64,000 nt of DNA from Rhynchopus sp. YZ270_cl-10 (taxonomy: Eukaryota): positions 1,922,001 through 1,986,000 of the forward strand of contig OZ037838.1 of the NCBI GenBank assembly GCA_964035575.1. Direction: 5' to 3'. This document shows, one piece after another, positions 1-13,400 of this stretch. Under the pieces are notes generated by a model. The model worked only from the letters and a program-made list of their open reading frames with translations. It did no database searches and had not been told where the DNA came from. How positions within the stretch are numbered: position 1 is the stretch's first letter; every line of letters begins with the position of its first letter. The position numbers were made by a program, and so were the translations under genes.

Positions 1-134
1 TGCACGATAGCCCATTTGGCAAAGGATTTCCCCAACTCGGTACTTCCCAATCGTCTTTGTGAAGTACTACAAATACTAAAACACCTATTTATCAATCCCC
101 CCTATATTCTTCATTCATTTCTCTGTGTCCACAG

Positions 135-1116
135 ATTGGCCTTTCTCCGCATCAACGTGATTGAGTGGCTAGGTCCCATCCGCTACGAGCTGCGCTGGGA
201 GGAGGGCGGCCTGCTCGTCACGCTTGAGTCGCGCAACGACATGGAGTACGTCCTCGAGCGCTACCGGAAGGGCGAGGGGCTTGCCTTCGCTGTGTCGTAC
301 TACTCAACGATGCAGTGGGGGAAGGAAGTGTTCACGTGGGACGTCGCGAAGCGTCGCTTGTGGGCAGCGTGCCCTGGGACAGGTGCCAGCTCCTTCCGAC
401 CTGCCGCTCAGGCGCCGCCACCACTGTCTGCCTCAGTGTTCGAAGAGTATTCTCGCACCTCCGCAGACGCAGCGTCCCTGCGTACCACTCTGGCAGATGT
501 CTTCGAGGAACACCTCTTCCCAGGCCACTGCGGCGTGGCCCTGCACAACCCACCCACACCACCCGACGCTGACCAAAAGTCTCTCGAGGTCTACGAGATC
601 CGCGACTCCGACAAAGTGCCCATCCCAGGCCAGGTCTTTCCCGTGCTCTTCGCAACAAGCCATGCGGTGGTGGCGGTGGTGGAGGTCAACTCTGCACTTC
701 CTGTTCTCTCTGAGGACGAGGCGAGGGCACATCCGTTGGGGCATCTGCTGATCCAGGGGCATGGTGGTTTGGAGCCGTATGTGCTGTGCAGTATGGATCA
801 GGTGCGGTGCGACCGTGAGCCGCTGGCACGCCTCATGACAGCAGTGGACATCATCATGAGTGGGCACGCCACGGCATCTGCCTCCTACACGGTTGCGGTG
901 GAAGGCCAACGTATGCAGGACAGCGACACGTACTCACTCCCCCCGCTCTGGACGTGCCCTGCACTGCAGCACAAACGTGATGAGATACTAGAGGTCCTAA
1001 CCGGCCAGGCCACAACCATGGATGTGCTCGATCCATGTGTCCAGGAGGATCTCCATGCATGCATGCAAACAGACATCACTGCCTATCAACAGCCACGCGG
1101 ACCTCCAGTAAACTGA
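135..1116 (+). CDS. Hypothetical protein, probable 3' exon or 5'-incomplete CDS
   Basis: GC-rich open frame (ORF 16..1116). The coding-like part starts just after a pyrimidine tract + CAG (tcattcatttctctgtgtccacag, ending 134). No family recognised. Confidence 0.55.
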
Positions 1117-1920
1117 GGGGAAATTGTAAAATATTGGGAGAGATTGGGTGGGGTGGTAATATAACGAAAATTGAAAAAACAAAACGTTTGTGTGATGTCA
1201 ATTTTTCCCTAAGGGTGTGTTTAGGTTAGGACAGTGAAAGGACACTGAAAGGGTTTGTCAAGCTTTTGTCCACCTTTTTCCCCTGTTTTTAAGATACATC
1301 GCAAATTCCCCGTAACCGTACGAATAGCCCATACGTCGAGTGTTCCGAAAGGTGAGGTGTACTGTTGCAGATGCATATCATTTGCCACAACGCCTTATGT
1401 AGGAATACTCACATCCGTGTGTACATCTGTTGATTCCCTTCCAAGTGGAACCCAATATTGTATTATTTTTGTGATTTAATTGAGCTATACACTTTGTACA
1501 GCTCTAACGAATGAAACAATGGGAGCTGGCACCAACAATAATTTGGTCTACAAAATATAATAAAATGGGACCGAAAGGTGAAAACATTTTTTGAGGCGTT
1601 AACAACAAACATTAAAGACCACCGCTCCACTACCTGTTTCGAATAACGCGACCGACTTTTTATTTTTGGGGTGTGTGGAATACAAGAAAGTAACCAGATG
1701 ACTAGTACCCCTCCCTGCCCCACCTATTCTGTTTCTTTGGTGTTCCACAGTCATGTCAGCACGGTCTTTGCTAGACAACAGCTCTCTGCGTACGACACTG
1801 TGTCGTTCTTGGAGACTCACTTTGCATGTGTCCTGTCGCGATCTTCTTTATTCTCCGAAGTGCATGCATCGTAAACTACAACACAAAACACAGTTACACA
1901 CAAAACACAACACAACAACC

Positions 1921-2892
1921 ATGGACGTGACCATTCAAAGCTTCGATAAGAAGGACCACGTCATCAAGGTGGGTGTGGACGATACTGTGATGGACGTGCG
2001 TCGCAACGTGGCGTCTGCAGTGGGGTTGCACGAAGACAGCTTCAGCATGACGTTCGGAGGGGAGGTTATGTACGGAGCTGACGTGAGGAACCTGAGTGCT
2101 GGGGACACTATTGTGCTGACGAGTAAGAAGGGCGAGGCCATTGCAGCACTTCGTGCATTGGGTGAGAAGGACCTGACGGAGGAGAGGCTGGCAAATGTGG
2201 GGGATCCTCAAGTGGCGTGTTTGCTTCTGCAGGCAGAAGTTGCGAGCGTAATCAAGTTCATGTCAGGAGAGGAGTTCAAGCATCTTGGTGTTACAAACGT
2301 ATCTGTTGTGAGTCGCAGGTTGGACAGCCCTTACAGTGGTGACAGGGACGTCATCGACAGTAATGAAACACCCGACTCCTCCAGGTTGGGCATTGTGCAG
2401 GTGATGGAGACAAAGTTTTTTATTAACTGCAACATGTTGACAGCAATGGACCTGTCTGGGGTGACGAATGTCACCACAATACATGATAATTTTCTTCGTG
2501 GTTGCACGGGGTTGACGACACTCGACCTATCTGGGTTGACAAATGCGACCACCATTGGCTCGCACTGCTTGTATAATTGTGCGGCGTTAACAACAATCGA
2601 CCTCTCTGGGTTGACAAATGTCACTTCAATTGGTGACAACTTCATGCACTCTTGTTCGGCGATGCACGGACTCGACCTATGTGGGTTCACCAATGTCAAA
2701 ACCATAGGTTCGCACTTCCTGTACAATTGCACGGGGTTAACACGACTCGAACTCTCTGGGTTGAGCCGTGTCAGGCAGATTGATGAATCATTTCTTGGGG
2801 GCTGCCAAGCAGTCCTCACACCTTCCCACCGCTACAGCAGCCTCGTTGTAAGGAGGCATTGCCCGTACTGTCGTACTCGCGCGCCCTCTTGA
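1921..2892 (+). CDS. Ubiquitin-like domain + leucine-rich repeat protein (BspA-like LRR), intact copy
   Basis: N-terminal MDVTIQSFDKKDHVIKVGVDDTVMDVRRNVASAVGL...GDTIVLT resembles a beta-grasp/Ubl fold. It is followed by ~25-aa repeats LTTLDLSGLTNVTTIGxxFLxxC. Confidence 0.8.
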   Translation: MDVTIQSFDKKDHVIKVGVDDTVMDVRRNVASAVGLHEDSFSMTFGGEVMYGADVRNLSAGDTIVLTSKKGEAIAALRALGEKDLTEERLANVGDPQVACLLLQAEVASVIKFMSGEEFKHLGVTNVSVVSRRLDSPYSGDRDVIDSNETPDSSRLGIVQVMETKFFINCNMLTAMDLSGVTNVTTIHDNFLRGCTGLTTLDLSGLTNATTIGSHCLYNCAALTTIDLSGLTNVTSIGDNFMHSCSAMHGLDLCGFTNVKTIGSHFLYNCTGLTRLELSGLSRVRQIDESFLGGCQAVLTPSHRYSSLVVRRHCPYCRTRAPS

Positions 2893-4020
2893 TGCTGAAG
2901 ATTCTTGCGAATGTGGCCACCGCCACGAGAACATATCACACCCTCCCTCAGCCCCACTCTGTACATGTAATTTAGCGTTATCAGTAATGGACCTGAGGTT
3001 GACGAATCTGCCCGTTTTTTAACCTTTGTTTTTTTCAATCAAGGATTGCACGCCATAATTGTTTGTTCCACCCACACCCTATTTCATACGCAAGGCATCT
3101 CCCCTTGCCTGTACCCTACTTAATCCACTACTTTTCTTTCCCCATCCTACCTTACTGTGCTTGCACTACCCACCCCCTAATTTTCTAATACACCTACACA
3201 GCGCAGCATTGTGCACCTCGTACTCCAGTTGCATTACACAGACTGGAGATGTTGAGCCGAATGAGGGTTCGAGAAGTTGGAGAGAAAGTTGACCTATTGC
3301 CTGCTTCCACACCTGTGGTGTGTGGCACCCTGTAAGTTCTTTGTGAAGTGTTTACGTCAATATAATTTGAATTACACACGCAAACCTTTCCAACAGTTTA
3401 TTTATTTGAATGAAAAGAACGTTTATTTGCAACAGGATCGTGGCAGCACTAATCATATTCAGTAACCTGCAGGTTTTTGTTTCCTCCTTTTGAGCACAAT
3501 ACAGGAAAACGGGAACCGAAAAGGTGGGAGAGTTGTTTGACGACACTTGTACGCTTCCACTTTTTTTTGAAAGTCCTGAAGTACAGATGTTGATGTGTGA
3601 GAAGGTGGTGAATGAAGTAATAAAGTAGTCAGGAGCTCTTCAAACGTAGTAAGATCTCAGGGCGGGACACAACACACCTCTGGGATTTGGAAACTATTTT
3701 TTCCACATACCACACCCTCCCCAGTCCCACCCTGTCACATTTCGCCCCTTTGCAGAAAAGGAACTTTTATGCACCTTATCCTTTGTCTACACATGCAACC
3801 ATGTTTTCAAAGAGAGGCAATTTTTTCAATAAAAAAGAAGCACAACAAAACACGAAACCACACACCTTTGTTTCCCCTCTGTACCTCCCCGCTCTCCTCT
3901 TTTGCAAGAACTCTCCTTCGCTAATGACGCGATCTCCTTTGCTACACAACAGCTCTCTGCGTACGACACTCTATGTCGTTCTTGGAGACTCACTTCTACG
4001 AAACACGTATTTAACCCACC

Positions 4021-4940
4021 TTGTGCTTGCCCGCCCTCGCTTTGCCGACATCAAGTGTCCTGCTGAGTACAGTGTAGAGATGCCGTCTGCAATGCAGCGG
4101 ATGGAGTATTTAACGCTGTCTCCTTGTGGAGCACTCTGCCTCTATAAACAGGCGGAGGGCTACGTCACCGGCCTCGATACAGAAACCTTCAGCCCTGCCT
4201 TCAGGTTCAAAGTTGACGGGAGGTTCAGTGCACTTGCCATCTCACGGTGCAAGACACGCTGCTACGTGTCGTGCTATGAAGCTCTGTACGTGGTTGCACT
4301 TCCGGGTGTGGAGGTGCTCCGCAAAGTCGACGGCCCCTCGCTCCAAGTGTTCGCGTGTGGCGGTGTTGTTGTCTCCCATGTCCGAGACGGCGTCTCTGTG
4401 TATGACGAAGACCTGACGTTGCTCCGCTCTCTCTCGCACGGGGGGTGCATGAGCACGAACATGGCAGTATCTGACTGTGGTGAGTGGGTTATCACCTCCT
4501 CCCACAGTGAGAAGAACGTACGTCTGTGGGATGTGAACACAGGTGAAGATGTGGTGTGTGTGCCTGCGGATTGGAGCAATCACGTGGCGCTTTCACGGTC
4601 TGCCTCTGTCGTTGCTGTGGTGTGCTCTCCCAAAGTTCAGCTCTATGACTGGAGTGGTGCGGCTCTTACAATCTTTAAATACGAGAAGACTTTTCGCGTC
4701 TGTGACGTGCAGTTCACTCCATGTGGGAAGTACGTCGTTGTTGGGTTTGGTAATGGTGAATCCACAGAGTTTACTCTACACCAGTACGATGTGGCGACCA
4801 TGTCCTGTGTGCGTGTGATACAGGACGCCAAAGGACTGTTTGCGATATCGCCGTGTTCACGTGTGGTTGTGTTCGGCGGAGGTGACGCAGGTGACGCAGG
4901 ACGTAACGTCATTGTTACGCAACATCTGTACCCCTACTGA
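4021..4940 (+). pseudogene. Ubl-WD40 family copy lacking the Ubl domain and the normal start codon
   Basis: Versus the copy at 6848, about 276 bp is deleted between ttaacccacc and ttgtgcttgcccgcc. The propeller part is intact to QHLYPY*. Confidence 0.75.
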
Positions 4941-5910
4941 GCGATGCAGTCCGCCCTGTGTGGGAAGTACCTCCTCGCTGTCGCTGAGTACTGCGGTGTA
5001 TTGATATCGTGCGTTGCATCAGTATTTGCGTTGCACCCTCGACCTACTAGCCTGTGAAGGAAGGTTTTCAGATATTTTCACGACAACTACCACACTACCC
5101 TTTAACTTTCTTATTCACTTTTCCTTTGTTGAAACACTCTTCTGTTGGTTCAAACTACAGACACAACGAAAATGTCAACATAATTTCAATTTCACACGCA
5201 AACCTTGCAAACAGTTTATGTATTTGCTGGTGGGGAGGGCCCAAACGACAGAAGTGAACTTCTTCTCTATTTTTTTACTTCCTACATGTGGTAGGCTTGG
5301 GATCATCTTTTAATCAGTTTTTCTTATATGAAACAACTTATATGAACGCACCTTTCGCTGCTTGAAGCCGCTCTGTTCTGTCTTAAGTTTACACACAGTG
5401 ACGACTATACTTTGCTGTCGTTCACAAGCCCTTATTACTTGCACCCGCGACCCTCGGGCGCATTGTTGCCTCCTAACTTACACAGTACACGTTGCAACTG
5501 TTCCTATCTTTTCTTGGACGCAGTCTGCAACACTTAAGACACACAGATGCAGTCTGATTAACGCAAAGGTTGAGATAGTTTAGTGCCTTACGTCACCCCG
5601 CAGCTTTGACTTACTGTCGTGGCTATTGAGACGTCTTTTCCAAGGCACGTAGTACAGGCAAAAGGTGCTTACCTCCGGTATTACTACTTCATCATTTTAG
5701 TGCGGTCGGATTGCACACTGGTTCACCGTGTGTTGCTCTATATTACACATTAACGCCTAGTGTGCACTCAGTTGGCTCGCTGTTGCACATTACATTACAC
5801 CATTAAGCCTATTCTTTACTGGCAAACAACCGCTGCTTTACAGCATCATTACAAGTAAACTACGCACATTAAACACTGTGGTAAATATTATTCCTATTTG
5901 TGGTGCTTCG
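4941..5910 (+). repeat. Conserved downstream/intergenic module of the Ubl-WD40 array
   Basis: Near-identical sequence at ~7970-8700, 24217-24600 + 26366-26820 and 41325-42330, with partial copies at 55990-56210 and 59054-59270. Confidence 0.85.
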
Positions 5911-6559
5911 ACCCTTCTACTCTTGATAGTACGGGATCATGCACGAGAACTAGAGGGGAAAGCTACAGTTGTGCTGAATTGAATTGGAGAAGGGGATGCG
6001 TTCAATGCAGTGTCTTCCAACCACAGCTTCTCATCTCCCTCCCTTGGCTAGAGCCGAGCGAGGGGGAGAGGGCAGTATGGCGTGCACGATGAACGTCCTC
6101 CGCTGCACCTCACTCAGCAGGGTGATCCGCTGTCCGTGTCCACTTCTGCAGTGTCCTTTTGTGTGCTCCACCTCTCTCTGCAATCTCGGTGATAAATATT
6201 ACACATACTGGAGATGTTGAGTCGAATGAGGGCTCGAGAAGTTGGAGAGAAAGTTGACCTATTGCCTGCTTCCACACCTGTGGTGTGTGGCCCCCTGTAA
6301 GTTCTGTGAAGTGTTTACGTCAACATTATTTGAATTACACACGCAAACCTTTCCAACAGTTTATTTATTTGAATGAAAGTATTTAGTTTTGAGAAACAGG
6401 ATCGTGGCAGGTGTGTCATTCATCGTTGGTGTGTTCGCAGTGCAGCTACAACAGCAAGAACATACACCCTCCCCAGTCCCACCCTTTACACATTTCGCCC
6501 TTTGCAGAAAATGAACTTTTATGCAACTCATCCTCGTTGTCTACACTCATACAACCATG

Positions 6560-6847
6560 TTTTCAGAGAGAAGCAAAATAATCAATAAAAAAGAAGCACA
6601 ACAAAACACGAAACCACACACCTTTGTTTCCCCTCTGTACCTCCCCGCTCTCCTCTTTTGCAAGAACGCTCCTTCGCTAATGACGCGATCTTCTTTTCTA
6701 GACAACAGCTCTCTGCGTACGACACTCTATGTCGTTCTTGGAGACTCACTTCTACGAAACACGTATTTAACCCACCAACCTTCTTATTTGTCATTGCGAA
6801 GTGACACCACCAACCATCACATCAAACACAACAGACCCCTGAGCAAT
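6560..6847 (+). promoter_or_regulatory. Shared 5' leader module with pyrimidine tract + AG (candidate trans-splice acceptor)
   Basis: cctttgtttcccctctgtacctccccgctctcctcttttgcaag recurs upstream of genes at ~3865, 6620, 10445, 22870, 27390 and 47025. The function is inferred. Confidence 0.45.
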
Positions 6848-7969
6848 ATGATGGATGTGACCTTTGTGCTGGAAGAGTCAGGTGTGACTGCGACAGTGGA
6901 GGTGCCGTGCGAGGCGGACGTTGCAGCGGCAAAGGAGGTTGCGTGCACGGCGCTTGCTGTCTCGCCTGCGTCTGTCGAGATGCGCATTGGCACGCAGGTG
7001 CTGGAAGGGACGTGCCGTCTGCAGGACACTGCTTTTGATGCAGGGGTGCAGGTTGTGCTTGCCCGCCCTCGCTTGGCCGACATCAAGTGTCCTGCTGAGT
7101 ACAGTGTAGAGATGCCGTCTGCAATGCAGCGGATGGATCATTTAGCGCTGTCTCCTTGTGGAGCACTCTGCCTCTATAAACAGGGGGATGGCTACGTCAC
7201 CGGCTTCGATACAGAAACCTTCAACCCTGCCTTCAGGTTCAAAGTTGACGGGAGATGCAGTGCGCTTGCCATCTCAGGGTGCAAGACACGCTTCTACGTG
7301 TCGTGCTATGAAGGTCTGTACGAGGTTGCGCTTCCGGGTGGGGAGGTGCTCCGCAAAGTCGACGGACGCATGACGTACGCAGTGTTCGCGTGTGGCGGTG
7401 TTGTTGTCTCCCATTTCCCAGACAGCGTCTCTGTGTATGACGAAAGCCTGACGTTGCTCCGCACTCTCTCGCGCAAGGATTTTCACCACATAGCAGTGTC
7501 TGACTGTGCTGGGTGGGTGCTGACCTCCTCCCACAGTGAGAAGAACACACTTCTGTGGGATGTGAACACAGGTGAAGCTGTGGCATGTGTTCCTGCGGGA
7601 GGGAGTAATCACGTGGCGCTTTCACGATCTGCCTCTGTCTTTGCTGTGGTGCGTACATATAATGTGGTGCACCTCTACGACTGGAGTGGTGCGGCTCTTG
7701 GCAGCTTTGAAACTGAGCGGTCTTCTTCCGTCTCTGCCGTGCAGTTCACTCCATGTGGGAAGTATCTCGTAGTACAGTTGATGGGAGATGATCGACAACA
7801 TGCACTGCACCAGTATGATGTGGCGACCATGTCCTGTGTGCGTGTGATACAGGACGCCAAAGGACTGTTTGCGATATCGCCGTGTTCACGTGTGGTTGTG
7901 TTCGGCGGAGGTGACGCAGGTGACGAAGGAAGTAACGTCCTTGTTACGCAACATCTGTACCCCTACTGA
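6848..7969 (+). CDS. Ubiquitin-like domain + WD40-like beta-propeller protein, intact
   Basis: Ubl-like MDVTFVLEESGVTATVEVPC...GVQVVLA, then blade motifs (ALSPCG, LWDVNTGEAV, VQFTPCGKY, AISPCSR). Confidence 0.8.
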   Translation: MMDVTFVLEESGVTATVEVPCEADVAAAKEVACTALAVSPASVEMRIGTQVLEGTCRLQDTAFDAGVQVVLARPRLADIKCPAEYSVEMPSAMQRMDHLALSPCGALCLYKQGDGYVTGFDTETFNPAFRFKVDGRCSALAISGCKTRFYVSCYEGLYEVALPGGEVLRKVDGRMTYAVFACGGVVVSHFPDSVSVYDESLTLLRTLSRKDFHHIAVSDCAGWVLTSSHSEKNTLLWDVNTGEAVACVPAGGSNHVALSRSASVFAVVRTYNVVHLYDWSGAALGSFETERSSSVSAVQFTPCGKYLVVQLMGDDRQHALHQYDVATMSCVRVIQDAKGLFAISPCSRVVVFGGGDAGDEGSNVLVTQHLYPY

Positions 7970-9359
7970 GCGATGCAGTCCACCCTGTGTGGGAAGTACC
8001 TCCTCGCTGTCGCTGAGTACTGCGGTGTGTTGCTATCGTGCGTTACATCAGTATTTGCGTTGCACCCTCGACCCACTAGCCTGTGAGGGAAGACATTTTC
8101 AGCTATTTGCACGACAACTACCACACTACCCTTTAACTTTCTTATTCACTTTTCCTTTGTTGAAACACTCTTCTGTTGGTTCAAACTACAGACACAACGA
8201 AAATGTCAACATAATTTCAATTCCACACGCAAACCTTGCAAACAGTTTATGTATTTGCTGGTGGGGAGGGCCCAAACGACAGAAGTGAACTTCTTCTCTA
8301 TTTTTTTACTTCCTACATGTGGTAGGCTTGGGATCATCTTTTAATCAGTTTTTCTTATATTAACGCACCTTTCGCTGCTTGAAGCCGCTCTGTTCTGTCT
8401 TAAGTTTACACACAGTGACGACTATACTTTGCTGTCGTTCACAAGCCCTTATTACTTGCACCCGCGACCCTCGGGCGCATTGTTGCCTACTAACTTACAC
8501 AGTACACGTTGCAACTGTTCCTATCTTTTCTTGGACGCAGTCTGCAACACTTAAGACACACAGATGCAGTCTGATTAACGCAAAGGTTGAGATAGTTTAG
8601 TGCCTTACGTCACCCCGCAGCTTTGACTTACTGTCGTGGCTATTGAGACGTCTTTTCCAAGGCACGTAGTACAGGCAAAAGGTGCTTACCTCCGGTATCA
8701 GCCCATGATAGCTGGGTGATGGAGCAGAGCCCACCTTGTGGTCCTAATTTTCCGATGATCCCTCTTATGTAAGTTGCCACCTCCCTCAGTCCCTCCCTAT
8801 GAAATTTAGCAACAGCAATGGACCGTGCACAGCTATTTTCCCCGCTCAATGTGTTAATCTTAGTTTCCCACCCCACCCCCACCCCTAGTTCATACGCAAG
8901 GTCATCTCCTTGCCATGCACCGCTTAGTGGTGTCACTTTTGACCCTACAGTCTTCTATTCTTCTTTTCCCCATCCCCCACCCCGTTTCCTTACTGTGCTT
9001 GCACTACCCACCCCCCTTAAAAGTAAGTAATAATAACCTACACAGACTGGGGATGTTGAGCCAAATGAGGGTTCGAGAAGTTGGAGAGAAAGTTGACATA
9101 TTGCCTGCTTCCACACCTGTGGTGTGTGGCACCCTGTAAGTTCTGTGAAGTGTTTACGTCATCATAATTTGAATTACACACACGCAAACCTTTCCAACAG
9201 TTTATTTGTTTGAATGAAAGTATTTTAATTTTGCATTTTAGTTTTGAGAAACAGGATCGTGGCAGCACTAATCATATTCAGTAACCTGCAGGTTTTTGTT
9301 TCCTCCTTTTGAGCACAATACAGGAAAACGGGAGATGAAAAGGTAAGAACCAGCTTTTT

Positions 9360-9613
9360 TTGAGTGCAACATGTTGACAACATTAGACCTGTCAGGCATG
9401 TCGAATGTCACTGCAATTGGCGATGACTTTCTTCGTGGCTGCACGGGGTTAAGGACAGTCGATCTCTCTGGGTTGAGCAAGGTAGCTACCATTGGGTTAA
9501 GCGCTGTCACTGGCGTCGGTCCAGTATTTGTTTGGCTTCAGGAAAAAGTGGCCAAGGAGTGCCCACGTTGCCGTGGTCCTCCTGATACTGATTCGGATAC
9601 TGATGCTTCTTGA
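9360..9613 (+). pseudogene. Ubl-LRR family 3' fragment
   Basis: MLTTLDLSGMSNVTAIGDDFLRGCTGLRTVDLSGL, with no Ubl part upstream. Confidence 0.7.
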
Positions 9614-10671
9614 GCACATACCACCCTCCCTCATCCCTCCCCGTACATACAATTTAGCGACAACAGCAATGGACCTGTTGACGAATGTCACCACCGTTCA
9701 CAGCTATTTCCCCCCATCACTGCAACGTTTCCCACCCCCACCCCTAGTTCAGACGCAAGGGCATCTCCCCTTTCCGTGCACCGCTTAGTGGTGTCCTTAC
9801 GTCATTTTTGTCGCTATTCTTCTTTTCCCCATTTCTCACCCCGTTGTCTTACTTTGCTTGCACTACCCCCCTTAAAAGTAAATAGTAACATACACACAGC
9901 AGCATTGCACACCTGATAACTTCCACAGATTGGACATGTTGAGCCAAGTGAGGGTTCAAAACGGTGGAGATAAGGTTGTGCAATCGCCTGCTTCCACACC
10001 TGTGGTGTGTGACACCCTGTAAGTTCTTTGTGCGTAAAAGTTCTGAAGTAGATGTTGATGTGTGTGAGAAGGGAGTGAAAACAGTCATAGTGACCGTAGC
10101 ATTTCCCCTTGTCAACGGCGTTGTTTGACTATAACAACGTAAGTAGGACCTCTTCAAAATAATGCACGACGATCTCAGGACGAGATCTTTCTGTTCTTGC
10201 ACGTGTGTCATTCATCATTGGTGTGTTCGCAGTGCAGCTGCAACCACAAGAACATACCACACCCTCCCCAGTCCCACCCTGTACACATTTCGCCCCTTTG
10301 CAGAAAATGGAATGTTATGTAACTCATCCTCGTTGTCTACACTCATACAACCATGTTTTCAGAGAGAAGCAATTTTTTTTTGAATTTTTAAAAGAAGCAA
10401 AATAATCAATAAAAAAGAAGCACAACAAAACACGGAACCACACACCTTTGTTTCCCCTCTGTACCTCCCCGCTCTCCTCTTTTGCAAGAACGCTCCTTCG
10501 CTAATGACGCGATCTTCTTTGCTACACAACAGCTCTCTGCGTACGACACTCTATGTCGTTCTTGGAGACTCACTTCTACGAAACACGTATTTAACCCACC
10601 AACCTTCTTATTTGTCATTGCGAAGTGACACCACCAACCATCACATCAAACACAACAGACCCCTTAACAAT

Positions 10672-11773
10672 ATGATGGATGTGACCTTTGTGCTGGAAGA
10701 GTCAGGCGTGACTGCGACAGTGGAGGTGCCGTGCGAGGCGAACGTTGCAGCGGCAAAGGAGGTTGCGTGCACGGCGCTTGCTGTCTCGCCTGCGTCTGTC
10801 GAGATGCGCATCGGCACGCAGGTGCTGGAGGGGACGTGCCGTCTGCAGGACACTGCGTTTGATGCAGGGGTGCAGGTTGTGCTTGCCCGCCGCTTTGCCT
10901 ACATCAAGTGTCCTGCTGAATACACTGCAACGAATGTGGGATACTGGTCACTGTCGCGTTGTGGAAAGCTCTGCGTCTATTGTAGTATGGATGGGCACGT
11001 TGGTGGTTACTCCGTCGGTGGATTGGACACAGAAACCTTCGACACCGTCTTCCCGATCACTCCGTCGTCCGCCTGCCAGCTCGCAGTGCAAGACACGCTG
11101 CTTCCTGGCGTGTTGGTTCGAAGGCCTTCTCGAGGTTGCGCTTCCGGGTGGGGAGGTGGTCCGCAAAGTCGACGGCTCCCCGTCCGCGGTGTTCTCCTGT
11201 GGTGGTGTTGTTGTCTCCCAAGGCAAAGACGGGGTCTCTGTGTATGACAAAGACCTTACGTTGCTCCGCTCTATCTCGCGCGAACAGTGCAGGGACGCGG
11301 CAGTGTCGCCCTGTGGTGGGTGGGTGATCACCTCTTCCTGGGAGAAGAGGAACGCGCGTCTGTGGGATGTGAACACAGGTGAAGCTGTTGCATGTTTGCC
11401 TGCGGAGGGGTCGTGTAGAGTGGCGCTTTCACGGTGTGCCTCTATCTTTGCTGTGGTGGGGGGAAACACCGTACAGCTCTATGATTGGAGTGGTGCGGCT
11501 CTTCGCAGTGGTGATGTGGGTGGGGGTGTCTTGGACATGCAGTTCACACCATGTGGGAAGTACCTTGTGGTGAGGGTACAGGAGTATGATGAAGACAGAG
11601 TTGGGTATTACGATATACCCCTGCGCCAGTATGATGTGGCGACCATGTCCTGTGTGCGTGAGATACCGCAATGCGATGCATTTGCGATATCGCCGTGTTC
11701 ACGTGTTGTTATGATCATGCAACAAGATAGCGTCATTGTGACAAGACATCTGTACCCACACAACAGTGAGTGA
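10672..11773 (+). pseudogene. Ubl-WD40 copy, frameshifted
   Basis: Homology passes from ORF 10504..11247 to ORF 10745..11773 near 11050-11085. Confidence 0.75.
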
Positions 11774-12392
11774 TGTGTGACCAAGGGAGGGTGGTGATGA
11801 ATAGAACCCAGGGTACCAGCAAAAAACGCAAGACTTTCAAAACACCCCCAAAAAACCCCTTTTGCCCTGTTGCAGGAACACGTATTCCCCGTTCTTATTT
11901 GTCTGGGAAGGTTCGGGGCACGTGGTTTGGTGCGGTCATGGTGGTTATTTCCTTGGGGGTTCTTCTGCTCTAGGTGTTTCAGAGCTGTCCGAGGCGATGC
12001 ACGCACGCTTCTTCCCCACGGTGCGAGGAGGCGCTTTCTCTTCTTGGTGCTAGGCAGTTCATCACGTCCTGATGCGGTAATGCCCCAATTGTGTGGAGCG
12101 GAGACTGTATATCATATTTGTCGCACGTTCCCAAGGGTAAAGGGGTCCTGCTCTCGCTGTCGCTGAGCAGTTGCATCAGTGTTCGTTTCGCTGTGCACTG
12201 AATGAGTATCGCACTCGCTACTACATTTAGTGTGAGCAAGCCATCAGGTTTCTTTTTTACATCTCCTGTGCGTTTTTCAAATTGCTTGTCAGAGTTTGTT
12301 GAAACACGTATTTAACCCACCAACCTTCTTATTTGTCATTGCGAAGTGACACCACCAACCATCACATCAAACACAACAGACCCCTTAACAAT

Positions 12393-13400
12393 ATGATGGA
12401 TGTGACCTTTGTGCTGGAAGAGTCAGGTGTGACTGCGACAGTGGAGGTGCCGTGCGAGGCGAACGTTGCAGCGGCAAAGGAGGTTGCGTGCACGGCGCTT
12501 GCTGTCTCGCCTGCGTCTGTCGAGATGCGCATCGGCACGCAGGTGCTGGAGGGGACGTGCCGTCTGCAGGACACTGCGTTTGATTCAGGGGTGCAGGTTG
12601 TGCTTGCCCGCCCCTTGCTTTGCCAACATCAAGTGTCCTACTGAGTACAGTGTAGAGATGCCGTCTGCAACGCAGCGGATGAAGCATTTAGCGCTGTCTC
12701 CTTGTGGAGCACTCTGCCTCTATAAACAGGTGGATGGCTACGTCACCGGCCTCGATACAGAAACCTTCAGCCCTGCCTTCAGGTTCAAAGTTGACGGGGT
12801 GTGCAGTGCACTTGCCATCTCACGGTGCAAGACACGCTTCTACGTGTCGTGCTATGAAGGTCTGTACGTGGTTGCGCTTCCGGGTGGGGAGGTGCTCCGC
12901 AAAGTCGACGGACGCATGACGTACGCAGTGTTCGCGTGTGGTGGTGTTGTTGTCTCCCATGTCGCAAATAGAGTCTCTGTGTATGACGAAAGCCTGACGT
13001 TGCTCCGCTCTCTCTCGCACAAGGGTTTTCACCACATAGCAGTGTCGGACTGTGGTGAGTGGGTGATCACCTCCTCCTTCAGTGAGAAGAACACACTTCT
13101 GTGGGATGTGAACACAGGTGAAGCTGTGGCATGTGTGCCTGCGAGAAGGAATTACGTGGCGCTTTCACGGTCTGCCTCTGTCTTTGCTGTGTGTGAATAT
13201 AATGTAGTGAACCTCTACGACTGGAGTGGTGCGGCTCTTGGCAGCTTTGAAATTGAGCGGTCTTCTTCCGTCTGTGACGTGCAGTTCACTCCATGTGGGA
13301 AGTACGTCGTTGTTGGGTTTGGTAATGGTGTAGCCACAGAGTTTACTCTACACCAGTATGATGTGGCGACCACGTCGTGTGTGCGTGAGATACATGACGC
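12393..13400 (+). pseudogene. Ubl-WD40 copy, frameshifted and 3'-truncated
   Basis: Extra base near 12612 (cccgccccttgc versus cccgccctcgc). Homology stops at ~13400, replaced by unrelated AT-rich DNA. Confidence 0.75.

Noticed and set aside
5362..5583. Repeated 73-aa ORF MK(P/S)LCSVL... (four copies)
   Set aside because: Non-ATG start inside a recently duplicated spacer; the conservation reflects duplication, not coding.
6521..6847. Long N-terminal extensions of Ubl-WD40/LRR ORFs
   Set aside because: Not shared by all paralogs (an in-frame stop lies just upstream at 54862), with pyrimidine/CA-rich UTR-like composition. M(M)DVT is taken as the start.
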